Below are positions 20,775-30,978 of a DNA stretch of 64,000 nt, piece by piece (the first letter of the stretch is position 1; every line of letters begins with the position of its first letter). Below the pieces are notes generated by a model that was given only the letters and a program-made list of their open reading frames with translations, did no database searches and was not told the origin of the DNA. Source of the DNA: Thermoproteota archaeon (lineage in GTDB: Archaea; Thermoproteota; Thermoprotei; Thermofilales; B9-G17); the NCBI GenBank assembly GCA_029258885.1, contig JAPDJW010000010.1:1-64000 (forward strand), given 5' to 3'. The translations under genes were made by a program, and so were the position numbers.

Positions 20775-21299
20775 CTATATTTCAAGCTGGTTTTTCCATA
20801 TTCCACTATATTCGCTTTCTCCCTCACATCTAATGAATATTATCTGCCCTATTTTCAGTCCTGGATACAGTTTAATAACCTGCCTACTTGCATTATAGAT
20901 TTCGAATATCTGTCTATTATTTACGCCTGGTTGAACTAGGTTGGCTGAAACATAGATCATTAATCCCATTCTAGCGAACCTAGATCTCCCAATTAATAGT
21001 CCAGCAATATCGTTTGGAAGCCTTATTATTTCCTCGGTAATACCAAGTACAAGCTCGCTGGGCTTAAGGGGATAGAATTCATCAATAACTCTGCTCTTAG
21101 TATATTCCCTTATAATATTTGGATCATTGTTTACCTCAGCTAAATCAATATCGTATACATCCTCCCTGAAAATCCTTATAACCCTACCGAGAGTCAGGTC
21201 ATAGGACACGGGGCCCAAGTTCTTCTCATTAAATGGCTCTATAACTATTCTACCCTTCCTTATCTCATCTAAAATAACGTCCCTAGTTAATATCATCAA
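20775..21299 (-). CDS. dcd: dCTP deaminase
   Basis: GPVSYDLTLG, GRSRFARMGL, VQPG, IGQIIF. Confidence 0.85.
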   Translation of the reverse strand: MMILTRDVILDEIRKGRIVIEPFNEKNLGPVSYDLTLGRVIRIFREDVYDIDLAEVNNDPNIIREYTKSRVIDEFYPLKPSELVLGITEEIIRLPNDIAGLLIGRSRFARMGLMIYVSANLVQPGVNNRQIFEIYNASRQVIKLYPGLKIGQIIFIRCEGESEYSGIWKNQLEI

Positions 21300-21327
21300 A
21301 AGAGAAATATGTAAGTGGAATAAAAAT

Positions 21328-22173
21328 CTATTCCTCTATTTCCGAAGCATGCCCCTTAAAATACCATGTAGGCATGATTCTGCGCCATATTTCCTTAACT
21401 TTCCTAACGTCCTCCTTAATTCTTTCGTCCTCGAGTTCATGCATCCTCTTACGGTTCGATTCTAGGATAAAATCTAGAAGAGTTGAATCGTAGTATTTCT
21501 TAAGCAGTATTGTATTGGGTATAAGGCAGTGTCCCCCTATAAAGTCTGGATAAAGTATTGGTCTATCACCTAGAACTCTATGTACCTCAGATATGAATTC
21601 AGCTATATCGGTAATAGAGGCGTTAAACTTTAGTGCTGTTCTATGGATTTCATGCCAAATAGCTATCATGGCTGCACGATAAACTGTTTCCCATATCTTA
21701 GCCAATTCGAGGCTCTCAGGATTGGATGCAACCTTAACCTTAAATCCAAGCTGCTTCAAGTGTTTCCTAACCTCATCTATATGGCTTTCATCAGTTAAGG
21801 CTATCCACTTAGGCCAAAACATTAAGTGCTGCTTAATATATGGGTGCTTACCCCTAACAGGCGAGTACGCTACTATAGTATTCGATGAATTCTCCTGTAT
21901 AAGCCTAGTAGTTCCCGGAGCTACTGTTGAATGTATTATGACAAGCCTAGGCTTAAACCTATTAATATAGCTTAAAACTATTTTCGCAAAATTCTCTCTA
22001 TCCTTACAGGGGAGGGCTATGTGTAGGGCATCGAGGTTCTCGGGTATTTCATCAATCTTATTCGCAGACTTACTGATATCGATATCGTAGCCGTAAACCT
22101 CAAATCCTCTCTCTAAGGCTATCTCGTAAATCGGTCTGCCCACTTCCCCTAAGCCAATAACAGCGATCCTCAT
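21328..22173 (-). CDS. UDP-glucose/GDP-mannose dehydrogenase family protein (short form)
   Basis: GLGEVG, HSTVAPGTT, ELAKIWE, FIGGHCL; no C-terminal UDP-binding domain is apparent. Confidence 0.8.
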   Translation of the reverse strand: MRIAVIGLGEVGRPIYEIALERGFEVYGYDIDISKSANKIDEIPENLDALHIALPCKDRENFAKIVLSYINRFKPRLVIIHSTVAPGTTRLIQENSSNTIVAYSPVRGKHPYIKQHLMFWPKWIALTDESHIDEVRKHLKQLGFKVKVASNPESLELAKIWETVYRAAMIAIWHEIHRTALKFNASITDIAEFISEVHRVLGDRPILYPDFIGGHCLIPNTILLKKYYDSTLLDFILESNRKRMHELEDERIKEDVRKVKEIWRRIMPTWYFKGHASEIEE

Positions 22174-22247
22174 AAAGCTATACACCGCCAGCCGAACTAG
22201 AAATATATTAATATACTAATATAAAGAAATTTCTAGATGATATATTA

Positions 22248-22296
22248 GTGATGAATGCACGTCAGGATGACGCATGATTGAATTGGTCTTTACTGA
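22248..22296 (+). ncRNA. Box C/D methylation guide sRNA
   Basis: C GTGATGA (22248), 12-nt guide ATGCACGTCAGG, D' ATGA, spacer CGC, C' ATGATTG, 12-nt guide AATTGGTCTTTA, D CTGA (22293); intergenic. Confidence 0.8.
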
Positions 22297-22314
22297 CGTA
22301 TACTAGACATCTAG

Positions 22315-22722
22315 GTGGTTCAGGTGGCGAGAATACATTTTCGCGGAAAAATGGGAGCCGTTGGTTTCCTACTTATAATGCTATTCGCCCCCGGATCGAT
22401 AATACTTCCAGCAATGTACGTTCCGAGAAACCCAACGCTACCGACAATTATAGCAGCGATAGTCTTTGCAGCTTCACCATGGATTGCATTTATTTTCTTT
22501 AGACTGGGCATAGCCCTAATCTTAATCTCCCTACCCCTCTTCATGGTATTAGCGGAACCTTTAATGGATCCCTTAACAGCGGTAGCTACAATAGTCCCAT
22601 TTTTCCTACTCGCTATATTACCCCTGTATTCCTACTACAGGTACTATAAATACTCCGGCATACTAACGGATCCCATAGTGTACCTCAGGTATCGCGACGT
22701 AATAGCAGTGTACCTAAAATAA
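22315..22722 (+). CDS. Small polytopic membrane protein, hypothetical
   Basis: 135 aa, about four hydrophobic helices; start uncertain; 3' end overlaps the convergent gene. Confidence 0.45.
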   Translation: MVQVARIHFRGKMGAVGFLLIMLFAPGSIILPAMYVPRNPTLPTIIAAIVFAASPWIAFIFFRLGIALILISLPLFMVLAEPLMDPLTAVATIVPFFLLAILPLYSYYRYYKYSGILTDPIVYLRYRDVIAVYLK

Positions 22723-24963
22723 TGACTCTATATATTTCTTAACGATCTTAATTCCCTCTTTATAGACCTTATCCATATGCCTACTGTCCGCTACCTGCCG
22801 TAGAAACAGCAGTGACTGTAACGTACTGTAAATACCGTACCTGGTACTCTCATCGGTCAGGGGATGCGAAGATATTATTGAGTAATGCTTACTACCGATA
22901 ATTCCGGCCGTGGACGCGTTCCCGGCAAGACTGATTATCTCTTCCCTTGAAATAGGCCTAAAGGCAGTAGGTCCAACCACAGGGATCTTCCTCTCAATGG
23001 GCGGTACAGGGGGTGGAGGAGCCTTAGGCGCAGGTCTTGCCTCCTCTGCAGAGGGTGGTGGAGGAAGCTCAGGCGGTGGTATTTTTCCAGGGATTCCAGG
23101 TTTAGGTCTTCTAACCTTCTTCAATAAAGCTAGACCTACAACCGATGCACCAGCTATCCCTACGACTGCTAGAATCAAAATAATGTTATACGTTCTCTCC
23201 CATACAGCCCTTAATGTTATAGGCTTATCTACGGTGAAGCTTACCTCAACTTTCTCCACAAGCTGTCCAGTATCCTCAAAGATCCATCCCTTAAACCTAT
23301 ACCCTGTAAACGGAGTATCCTGAATAGATTCATCCTCAATCTTCACGGTAACTGTGGTTCCCTCATCATACCATCCATCGGGTGATGAAGGAGTTAGGAT
23401 AGCATTCGAGTGATCAGTCTTAACGGATACTAGGTATTGATGCCTCCAAACAACGTTTACAGTTATGGGTTTATTAACCTGTACTGTTATTGTTGGATTA
23501 CTTGATGAAATATCCCCACTCCACTCCTTAAACACATACCTCTCTCCACTGGAAACATTTATAATATCGTGGATTACGCGGAGTTCAGCTGTATCTCCAT
23601 CATTATACCATCCACCACCGCTTGTCGCACCTATCTGCCCGCCTATAGGGTCAACAACCTTAACTAAATACTGCTTAACGTAGATTAGCGTTAACTCCAT
23701 CGGCCTATCAACCACTATTACTCGGCTTGAAGTATTAACTCCATCACTCCATCTAACAAATACTATACGTGAACTACCATCTAACTGCTTTACCTCAGGA
23801 GCCTCAATAGAAATGCTTGTGTTAGGGCTGAACAGGAACGTTCCCGGTATTTCATAGCTTGAACCCTGTATAGTAACGTTAATAATAACTGGAATGTTTA
23901 CAGATAAGTTTATCTCAATGTAGGGTCCAGCATATGTGAAGATTATCTTGGAATCCCTGCAGGTGAACGTCTTATTCATAGAGCACATGTATACGTACCC
24001 ATTGATCCCAACCTTATCCTTCACTGCTAGGCTATGCCATACTCCTCCAGGTAGGCTTATCTTAACGAAGCTCCCCGGGGAAACGGATGTCTTCTTTAAT
24101 CCATCAACATATAGATCCACTAATGTCCCTGATGGAAGACCTGATACTGAAACATAAACGTATATGCTTGAATTTATCTTAAAGCTGGCGGCTGTAGGAT
24201 TATACCAGATGACCTTGTCTTGATAGCTTAACGAGGGACTAGGCGATGCACAGCATATGCCTCTCTCACAGAAGACTGTAAATGCAACGAGATTTCTATC
24301 GCTTAAACTTAATACTGGATTCTGAAATACAAGCACGGCTTTCTCCACATCACAGTAGGGCGAGTAGTTCAATTCAGTTCTAACTACTGTATAGAAATAG
24401 TCTGTTCCGACATCCTCATTTAAAACCGTCAGCCTAGTGGAAGGTATACCAGTGATGTTTGATATAAGCTTAACTTGCTCCATGAGGTAGCTACTTGGAT
24501 TCTTATCATAGCAGTTTGACTTAAAGTAGTCCCATGGAGTATAGTAGGGGGAATACTTCACCATTATAATGGATGTATAGTTGCTGTATACGTCTACCTC
24601 AACGTCTATATCGAAGACAAGCCTAGCTGCGTACGTTGCATATCCCTCCGCCACCTCGGATCCGGCGTAGGCTTCAACAACGACTTTCCTTGGACCTGGG
24701 GGACAGCCTACGGTTCCTTTCAGCTGATAAGTGACCCCGCCCATAACATTGCCTTCAGCTAAAATAACCGTCACATCAGGCTTAATTAAAATAACTCTAA
24801 CATAAGCATCAACGCTAACAACAAAATATATCGATGCACTCTCACCTATATAGTACTCGTTCTTATCGGTCCATACGCTAACGGTAAGCGTCTGAGCACT
24901 AAGTAGAGGAAATTGGGCAAAGATGAGGAGGAAGATTACAGACAACACAATTTCCTTCCTCAT
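22714..24963 (-). CDS. Surface protein: MG2-like N-domain, Ig-like and InlB B-repeat-like domains, TM, Pro-rich cytoplasmic tail
   Basis: Signal peptide; TDKNEYYIGE; repeats GGGWYNDGDTA, F..WSGD, DGWYDEGTTV, FKGW; TM IILILAVVGIAGASVVGLALL; then KKVRR and PPPELPPPP. Confidence 0.75.
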   Translation of the reverse strand: MRKEIVLSVIFLLIFAQFPLLSAQTLTVSVWTDKNEYYIGESASIYFVVSVDAYVRVILIKPDVTVILAEGNVMGGVTYQLKGTVGCPPGPRKVVVEAYAGSEVAEGYATYAARLVFDIDVEVDVYSNYTSIIMVKYSPYYTPWDYFKSNCYDKNPSSYLMEQVKLISNITGIPSTRLTVLNEDVGTDYFYTVVRTELNYSPYCDVEKAVLVFQNPVLSLSDRNLVAFTVFCERGICCASPSPSLSYQDKVIWYNPTAASFKINSSIYVYVSVSGLPSGTLVDLYVDGLKKTSVSPGSFVKISLPGGVWHSLAVKDKVGINGYVYMCSMNKTFTCRDSKIIFTYAGPYIEINLSVNIPVIINVTIQGSSYEIPGTFLFSPNTSISIEAPEVKQLDGSSRIVFVRWSDGVNTSSRVIVVDRPMELTLIYVKQYLVKVVDPIGGQIGATSGGGWYNDGDTAELRVIHDIINVSSGERYVFKEWSGDISSSNPTITVQVNKPITVNVVWRHQYLVSVKTDHSNAILTPSSPDGWYDEGTTVTVKIEDESIQDTPFTGYRFKGWIFEDTGQLVEKVEVSFTVDKPITLRAVWERTYNIILILAVVGIAGASVVGLALLKKVRRPKPGIPGKIPPPELPPPPSAEEARPAPKAPPPPVPPIERKIPVVGPTAFRPISREEIISLAGNASTAGIIGSKHYSIISSHPLTDESTRYGIYSTLQSLLFLRQVADSRHMDKVYKEGIKIVKKYIESLF

Positions 24964-24972
24964 AGTAACACC

Positions 24973-25926
24973 CTAAAATAAAAGTGTTAAAAGATACCTG
25001 AACGTCCACTCAACATCGCGATCCTTTATTCCGAGAACATTCCCCTTTTTCTCGAATTTCCTGGGGAGAACATCCGTTAGCTGCCATTTTAGCGAGCGTA
25101 AAACATGATGGTAGGGTATAGAGGGGCCGTAGGGCTTCACGAAAACGTCGTCAATAAATAAGGTGATTGTTCCGATTACAGACTTACATACGTGAAGCCA
25201 TGCTCTTGCCGGTTTATCGACAAACTTCTCGGGTATAACGTAATTGGGGGGTAGAGGCGGTGCTATAGATCCTCCCAAAACATCAGCAGAGTAGTCTAGG
25301 CTATCCATCACCAAATTAATGTTTTCCACAAAGTACTCGAGTGAAAGCATTTTATGAGCTGCAGGATAATTAATGCCTGGATAATCAATCACCCCTGCAC
25401 ATATAGGCTTAAACTCAACATAGGATAGTGGAAACCTTAGGGTAACGTTATTAAGGATCATAGGTTCAGCGCTGGGTAACAAGGTCCAATCAATCATATT
25501 CATAGATGAGGATATGTTATTAAACCATTCAAAACACATATTCCTTATAGAGTTCAAGTAATCTATTGAAAGCCTCCACTTATCCGGGTTTATCTTCTTA
25601 TAAATTTTTTCAGCAAGTTTAACCTTAAGGACAGTTCTCAACAGCAATCCTAGGGCTGACGTGGAGGCGAGCGTATTTAATGCTCTCTTATACCATTCAG
25701 CCATTATCGAGTATTCGTCATACATTAAGCTGCACTTAAGCTTCTTAAGGGACTTAATGATAGCGTCGGATATAATCATTCTATTCACTAGAATTCCAGG
25801 CTTAAGGTTAACATCAACCCCGTTTCTCTCAAATATCCTACTTAATATAGCATAAAGCTCATCTAATGAGGCTTTCCTCTCTCTACATGCATAAGCTAGA
25901 GTGGAAGTTATGCGATCAAACCTCAC
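24973..25926 (-). CDS. Hypothetical soluble protein, unassigned
   Basis: 317-aa ORF with GGGGGTAGGCGTGAG SD-like upstream; ends 10 nt before the next gene. Confidence 0.6.
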   Translation of the reverse strand: MRFDRITSTLAYACRERKASLDELYAILSRIFERNGVDVNLKPGILVNRMIISDAIIKSLKKLKCSLMYDEYSIMAEWYKRALNTLASTSALGLLLRTVLKVKLAEKIYKKINPDKWRLSIDYLNSIRNMCFEWFNNISSSMNMIDWTLLPSAEPMILNNVTLRFPLSYVEFKPICAGVIDYPGINYPAAHKMLSLEYFVENINLVMDSLDYSADVLGGSIAPPLPPNYVIPEKFVDKPARAWLHVCKSVIGTITLFIDDVFVKPYGPSIPYHHVLRSLKWQLTDVLPRKFEKKGNVLGIKDRDVEWTFRYLLTLLF

Positions 25927-26095
25927 GCCTACCCCCTAGCTTAACGCATGACTGCTACGATTAAATATTTGGCTTGTTACATCTATTAGTCTTTTTGCAC
26001 ATTTAACATTATTAGTTAGCACATAAATGCATCACATTTTAAATTGAAAATAAATTATATATGTTATCACAATATAGTATATCTAATGGTTAAAT

Positions 26096-26896
26096 ATGAG
26101 TAGTTATGAAATTGGAAGAATAGTACACTTACCTGGAAGAAGTATCTATGGATTTTTCGTAACATTAAGTTCCCATACTTTAGAAGAGCCAGGAATCCTA
26201 GTCAAACTTGGAAAGGTGTTTTCCGACGCTAAACTATCCATAGTCCACCTAGAAATTCCGAGGCCTATAGAGAATAACCCTATCTCTATGATGTTTTTCA
26301 TAGACTTTACTGGAAGAGAGGATGAAGTTAATGCCATCCTTAACTTAATAAAAAAGTTTGAGTTTGTTGAGCACGTAGAGCTCGTAGAGCCCCAATTTAA
26401 TGGGTTAATAGTAGATACAATACTATTCCCATTAACCCTTTTTAGTGAAAGAGTCATCATGTTTCGTCTACCAGCTATTAAAGCACTTATTCTAGGCTTA
26501 AAGGAAAGGATAGGTGAGGCATATAGCTCGCTACTATATCAGATTGGCGTTGAAATAGGTGAAAGAGTATTTGAAAGCCACTTAAAGCTTACCGGAACTA
26601 GGGATACCGATATGCTAACTAAGACTTGCCAGGCATTATTTCAAGTAGTTGGATACGGTGTTTTAAAGTTCATAGAATTAGATGTCGAGAATAAGAGATC
26701 TAGAGTTAGAGTATGGAACTCATTCGAGTGTGAGCTATATGACGAGTCTACTCAGCCAAGAGGATACATGATTTCCGGAATGTTGGCTGGATGGCATATG
26801 GGGCTCTTCAAGACGAAGTTTCTATCATCTAAGGAGAAGAAGTGCATTGCTATGGGTGATCCCTATTGTGAATTTACAATAGAGGCTTACCTATAA
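26096..26896 (+). CDS. ACT-like + V4R domain protein
   Basis: N-terminal PGILVKL..VF; V4R LYQIG.EIG, GYG, NSFEC, GMLAG, E.KCIAMGDPYCEF. Confidence 0.85.
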   Translation: MSSYEIGRIVHLPGRSIYGFFVTLSSHTLEEPGILVKLGKVFSDAKLSIVHLEIPRPIENNPISMMFFIDFTGREDEVNAILNLIKKFEFVEHVELVEPQFNGLIVDTILFPLTLFSERVIMFRLPAIKALILGLKERIGEAYSSLLYQIGVEIGERVFESHLKLTGTRDTDMLTKTCQALFQVVGYGVLKFIELDVENKRSRVRVWNSFECELYDESTQPRGYMISGMLAGWHMGLFKTKFLSSKEKKCIAMGDPYCEFTIEAYL

Positions 26897-27028
26897 AGTT
26901 TTTATTAGCGTAATCCGCTTCTTAGGACATGTTATTACCAATAAGACTTTAGCTAAAAATATTTGGTCTCTTTATGCTAGAATAAAAAATATAATTTTCT
27001 TAAAGTTAATAATAGTTTGGGGATACAT

Positions 27029-28690
27029 ATGATTAGGGGAAAGCTATTAGCTGTGGTCGCTATAATAGTAATAATAGTAGCAATCGTGGCGGCATATGCG
27101 GTTTTAAATCTCATGCCACAGGCATGTGAACTCGAGCTTGTCAGCTATAAGTTTACCGCGTATAGCTCTGGATGGAGGTTTGAGAGGGCTATCGAAGTTA
27201 CGCTGAAGAACGTGGGGGAGAATAATGCCACTATTAGTTCAATTAAAGTTAATGACAAGGATGTATATACTTGGAATCCTAGATGGATAGTAATTCATCC
27301 AGGCGAGATAAAGACCATATATATCTTCTATCCATGGAAGGGGGAGGAATGTAATATTAAAATTGAGACAAACGTTGGGGTTTTAGAGTTTAAGGATAAA
27401 TCTCCGAGCTTCAAGGGGTATGATGTTTACATATCTAACCCATATAGCTTTAAAATAGATGAAATATACAGCATAAATCTCCACTTCGCTGACGGCGAGT
27501 GTAAAGCGAATGAAATAAAGGTAGTTGATGAAAACGGAAATGAGGTATTGAGTCAGGTATGGGGAATACTAAAGTATGATAGCGGCTACATAAAGACAGC
27601 TACAGTAAGCTTCAAAATAGAGATCGAAGCCTATGGGGCAAGACAGTATAGCATACTAATAGGCGAGCAGCCGACAGCTACTGGAGGTAAAATCGACATA
27701 TACGTTGAAAGAGTTGAGGGATCATATACTATCGTCGATAACGGTGCATTGAGAATAAGGTTTAATGAAACAGGCAGATGGCATGGATGCATAGACTATT
27801 TTGGAAGCAAAGACGTAAACTTTGCGAAAATATTCTACTCTACGGGACCACCAGAAGGCCTAGCCTTCTACCACGGCCTACTCGACTCAATGCTCGACTC
27901 CGAGGGGAAAATGTACGCCGTGATACAGAAGACGGATATATACATAGAGTCCGAGGGACCACTACTCTATGTCTATGCGAGGAAATGGAAGCTAAAGCTA
28001 CTTGGCTATGCATACGAGTTCTACGCAGTACCGAAGGGCAAAAGCTACATAGTCTACAAGTTTGCTATAGACGTTAGCAGAGAGTTTGGAGTCGGACCAG
28101 GAGCTGGGAAGCCTGCACCCAGCGAGCCCGACTATAGATACTATAACCCGCATGGCGCCGGAGGCATGTCTATACCGCATTTATCAGTAGTAACGGGCGT
28201 TGCCGGTCTCGATGCACCATACTTCCTGCTAGATACCGGCGATATTTACGATCCACTTTACCCCGGAATAGATGTATGGGTTATGCATCCGGTAGCCGCC
28301 TGTAGAGACTACGACCTAGGAGTTGGAATATCTATTCTATGCAATGACCCAACTCATCCAATATGGTACTGGCACATAACTACACAGAAATTCCCATGGT
28401 TCGAATGGGGTGCATCAGCTGAAAGTTTAAGGGATGATCCAGCAGGCGACCTATCCTTTATCTCAGGAATAGACATCAATATGCTGTGCTACCACGGCCA
28501 GGATCCAAGCCGTGAACCCTACGCCCTCGAGACGGAGGTCATACCTAGAGGAGGAGTACTATTTAGGGAGGGATACTATAGCTGGGTCTTTGTAGTAAGA
28601 GCAATGATACATGAGGACGTATTATCAACACTAAAAACTATGAAGGACATGTACCTAGGACTGGAGGTCTCCGTAAACTATAGATCTTAA
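27029..28690 (+). CDS. Membrane-anchored extracellular protein (Ig-like domain plus beta-sandwich, possibly carbohydrate-related)
   Basis: N-terminal TM; IEVTLKNVGENNATISSIKVND; EIKVVDENGNEVLSQV; VDNGALRIRF. Confidence 0.55.
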   Translation: MIRGKLLAVVAIIVIIVAIVAAYAVLNLMPQACELELVSYKFTAYSSGWRFERAIEVTLKNVGENNATISSIKVNDKDVYTWNPRWIVIHPGEIKTIYIFYPWKGEECNIKIETNVGVLEFKDKSPSFKGYDVYISNPYSFKIDEIYSINLHFADGECKANEIKVVDENGNEVLSQVWGILKYDSGYIKTATVSFKIEIEAYGARQYSILIGEQPTATGGKIDIYVERVEGSYTIVDNGALRIRFNETGRWHGCIDYFGSKDVNFAKIFYSTGPPEGLAFYHGLLDSMLDSEGKMYAVIQKTDIYIESEGPLLYVYARKWKLKLLGYAYEFYAVPKGKSYIVYKFAIDVSREFGVGPGAGKPAPSEPDYRYYNPHGAGGMSIPHLSVVTGVAGLDAPYFLLDTGDIYDPLYPGIDVWVMHPVAACRDYDLGVGISILCNDPTHPIWYWHITTQKFPWFEWGASAESLRDDPAGDLSFISGIDINMLCYHGQDPSREPYALETEVIPRGGVLFREGYYSWVFVVRAMIHEDVLSTLKTMKDMYLGLEVSVNYRS

Positions 28691-28716
28691 ATCAATCTCA
28701 TCTATCTTTATGAAAT

Positions 28717-29610
28717 TTAAAAATCAATAAACGCTTCAGCGCCCATATCCGGCTGCTCGGTTACATCAGAGAAGACTCTATTGCACTCCTCCATAAGTAT
28801 GCTAAACTCGTATGCCCTAGTATTCATATAATAGACAAGTATCTCCCTCAGCTTCCTTGCCTGTGGTTCATAGTAGGCTAAATTCTCCCTCCTAACCTCC
28901 CTATAGCGCCGCTTCCCGGGAATTAAAAGCAGCTTATCAATAAGCGATCTTTCAACCTTATACTCCTTAATTGTAAACAGAAAATTCCATGTAGCTTTAT
29001 CTAAATCACTTGAGAGAACCTTATCAATAAGATACCCTACCGGATCCTCCTTACGCCCACCAAATACCGCGCGGAAAGCATCATATACATTCGTAGTCTC
29101 ATTTATACCCATCTTATATATCTTCTTACTTAGAATGCCATATTGCTGCATATAGAAGTTTCTAAGCTTAACTATAGCTAAGGTATCCTTCTTAAAAACC
29201 ATTCCACGCTTAGACGGATACAGGTTAATTATACCATTAGAAAGCATAGCATATATTGTAGATGCAAACATTAGATTAGTAGTATCAGACTTCAAATCCG
29301 CAAACAAATCCCTATAAAATATGTATACAAGAACAGCTGGAGTAAGCCACGTCCGAACACCAGGAGGCAGACTATAGCTGGGGTACCTAGCATATACGGT
29401 AGATCTAGCTGTTGAAGGCGTAGGTGGAGGGGGTGGCGGGGGCTCACTATATCCACCTACCCTACTGGGCTGGGGCGGTGGAGGCGGCGGTGGCGGGGGG
29501 ATACTAGCAGACGTATCAGATATCCTCCTACCACATTTACTACAGAATACAGACCCCGGAGGGTTTTCAGCCCCACAGTAAGGGCAGAACACGTACCTAA
29601 CTATACCCAT
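28717..29610 (-). CDS. Zinc-ribbon + polyproline protein
   Basis: CPYCG...FCSKCG followed by PPPPPPPPP and PPPPPPPTP, then an unassigned helical domain. Confidence 0.75.
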   Translation of the reverse strand: MGIVRYVFCPYCGAENPPGSVFCSKCGRRISDTSASIPPPPPPPPPQPSRVGGYSEPPPPPPPTPSTARSTVYARYPSYSLPPGVRTWLTPAVLVYIFYRDLFADLKSDTTNLMFASTIYAMLSNGIINLYPSKRGMVFKKDTLAIVKLRNFYMQQYGILSKKIYKMGINETTNVYDAFRAVFGGRKEDPVGYLIDKVLSSDLDKATWNFLFTIKEYKVERSLIDKLLLIPGKRRYREVRRENLAYYEPQARKLREILVYYMNTRAYEFSILMEECNRVFSDVTEQPDMGAEAFIDF

Positions 29611-29931
29611 ATAATATACACCAATAAATTAATAATATATGTCAGTAATAAATTTTTATAAACAATGTAGAGGCGTTAAAATCGACAATATTTTTACATA
29701 TATTTAACCAGGATGTTTAAATTAGGTAAAATTTAATGTATCCATACTAGACAAAAACATTCAGATACGATATGCATAGAAAAACTATTCATAAATACTG
29801 AATTTAGGGAAACATTCGATTCCATGCATATCTAGGTTCTTTTGATGTTAACGTATTATTATCAGATAGCTTTATGTGTCCAGTTAGGCTAACTCAGCTT
29901 ATAAACGGTTATATTTCAGCAGAATATATAG

Positions 29932-30753
29932 TTGTACATGTGTGATATCTGCGAGAAGCATAGGAAGGGCGTGAAGTGGTATCTTGATCCCGAGGTATAT
30001 AGGGATGAACTTGTTACCGAGGATCCTAAGCGAAGGGAGGTAGTTGAGAAGATTACTGGCTACAACCTGGAGTACTACATATACAATACTTCTAAGATGG
30101 CTAGAATAGTAAGCAAGATGCCTCAGCCGTTTAAATCTATATTTAAGGCTGTTGCAAACAGGAAGGCCTATGAGCTACACGCTGGACAAGTTGTTCCACT
30201 AGAGGATGCCCTGAAGATAGTTGATCTAGCCCATAATCACGTACTCATACCGTGCTACTGTAGGTATCTGCTTGGAGCTGAAACAGAGTTAACGTGTCTA
30301 AACTTCGGTTTAGTTAGGGATCTATGGCCTAAGTATAAGCCCAACGACCCTATAAGGGAGATTAATAAGGAGGAGGCTAAGGAGCTATTAAGGGAGTGGG
30401 ATGAGAAGGGCTATATTCACGGCGTCTTCTGGGCTAAGATCCCCTACGTTATTGCGATATGTAACTGTGAGAAGAAGTATTGTACAGCGTTAAGGAATAG
30501 GCTCCTATTTGGAATAGAGAACTCGTACAAGAAGTCCCACTATATAGCTGTAGTAAACCACGAGCTCTGCGACCTATGTGGAGGCAGGCCTAAATGTATC
30601 TCAAGATGCCAGTTCGGCGCTATAAAGATCAGGGATGGAAAGCTGTACATAGATGAAGACCTATGCTTCGGCTGTGGTCTCTGCAGGAGTGTTTGTGATA
30701 GGGGTGCATTAAGCCTAGTATCAAGGGAGGAGGCGGGTGTTAACGTTTGGTGA
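29932..30753 (+). CDS. 4Fe-4S dicluster domain protein
   Basis: IPCYCR, ICNCEKKYC, CDLC...C..RCQF, CFGCGLCRSVC. Confidence 0.85.
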   Translation: MYMCDICEKHRKGVKWYLDPEVYRDELVTEDPKRREVVEKITGYNLEYYIYNTSKMARIVSKMPQPFKSIFKAVANRKAYELHAGQVVPLEDALKIVDLAHNHVLIPCYCRYLLGAETELTCLNFGLVRDLWPKYKPNDPIREINKEEAKELLREWDEKGYIHGVFWAKIPYVIAICNCEKKYCTALRNRLLFGIENSYKKSHYIAVVNHELCDLCGGRPKCISRCQFGAIKIRDGKLYIDEDLCFGCGLCRSVCDRGALSLVSREEAGVNVW

Positions 30754-30974
30754 AGATAAAGTTTAATAAAGGGAAGTGTATAAATCCTGAGGAGTGCATG
30801 AAGTGTATTTCCGTATGTCATGTTGGCGCACTAATTCTTGCTCCAGCAAATAAGCCAGGTAATCCCGGTATTCCTCCCAAGAGGTATATTATAGACCTGC
30901 TCTACGATGTGGCCTGTGATAAATGTATGAGATGTGTTGAAGTATGTCCTAGGTCGGCTATAGAGATAATCTAG
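30747..30974 (+). CDS. Ferredoxin (2x4Fe-4S)
   Basis: CINPEECMKCISVC and CDKCMRCVEVCP. Confidence 0.85.
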   Translation: MVKIKFNKGKCINPEECMKCISVCHVGALILAPANKPGNPGIPPKRYIIDLLYDVACDKCMRCVEVCPRSAIEII

Positions 30975-30978
30975 GTGA

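Noticed and set aside
22278-22502. 74-aa ORF on the + strand
   Set aside because: Starts inside the box C/D sRNA and overlaps the more plausible membrane ORF in another frame.
27029-27110. Class III (type IV pilin/archaellin) signal peptide
   Set aside because: RG is followed by K with no +5 Glu; it fits a simple signal anchor better.
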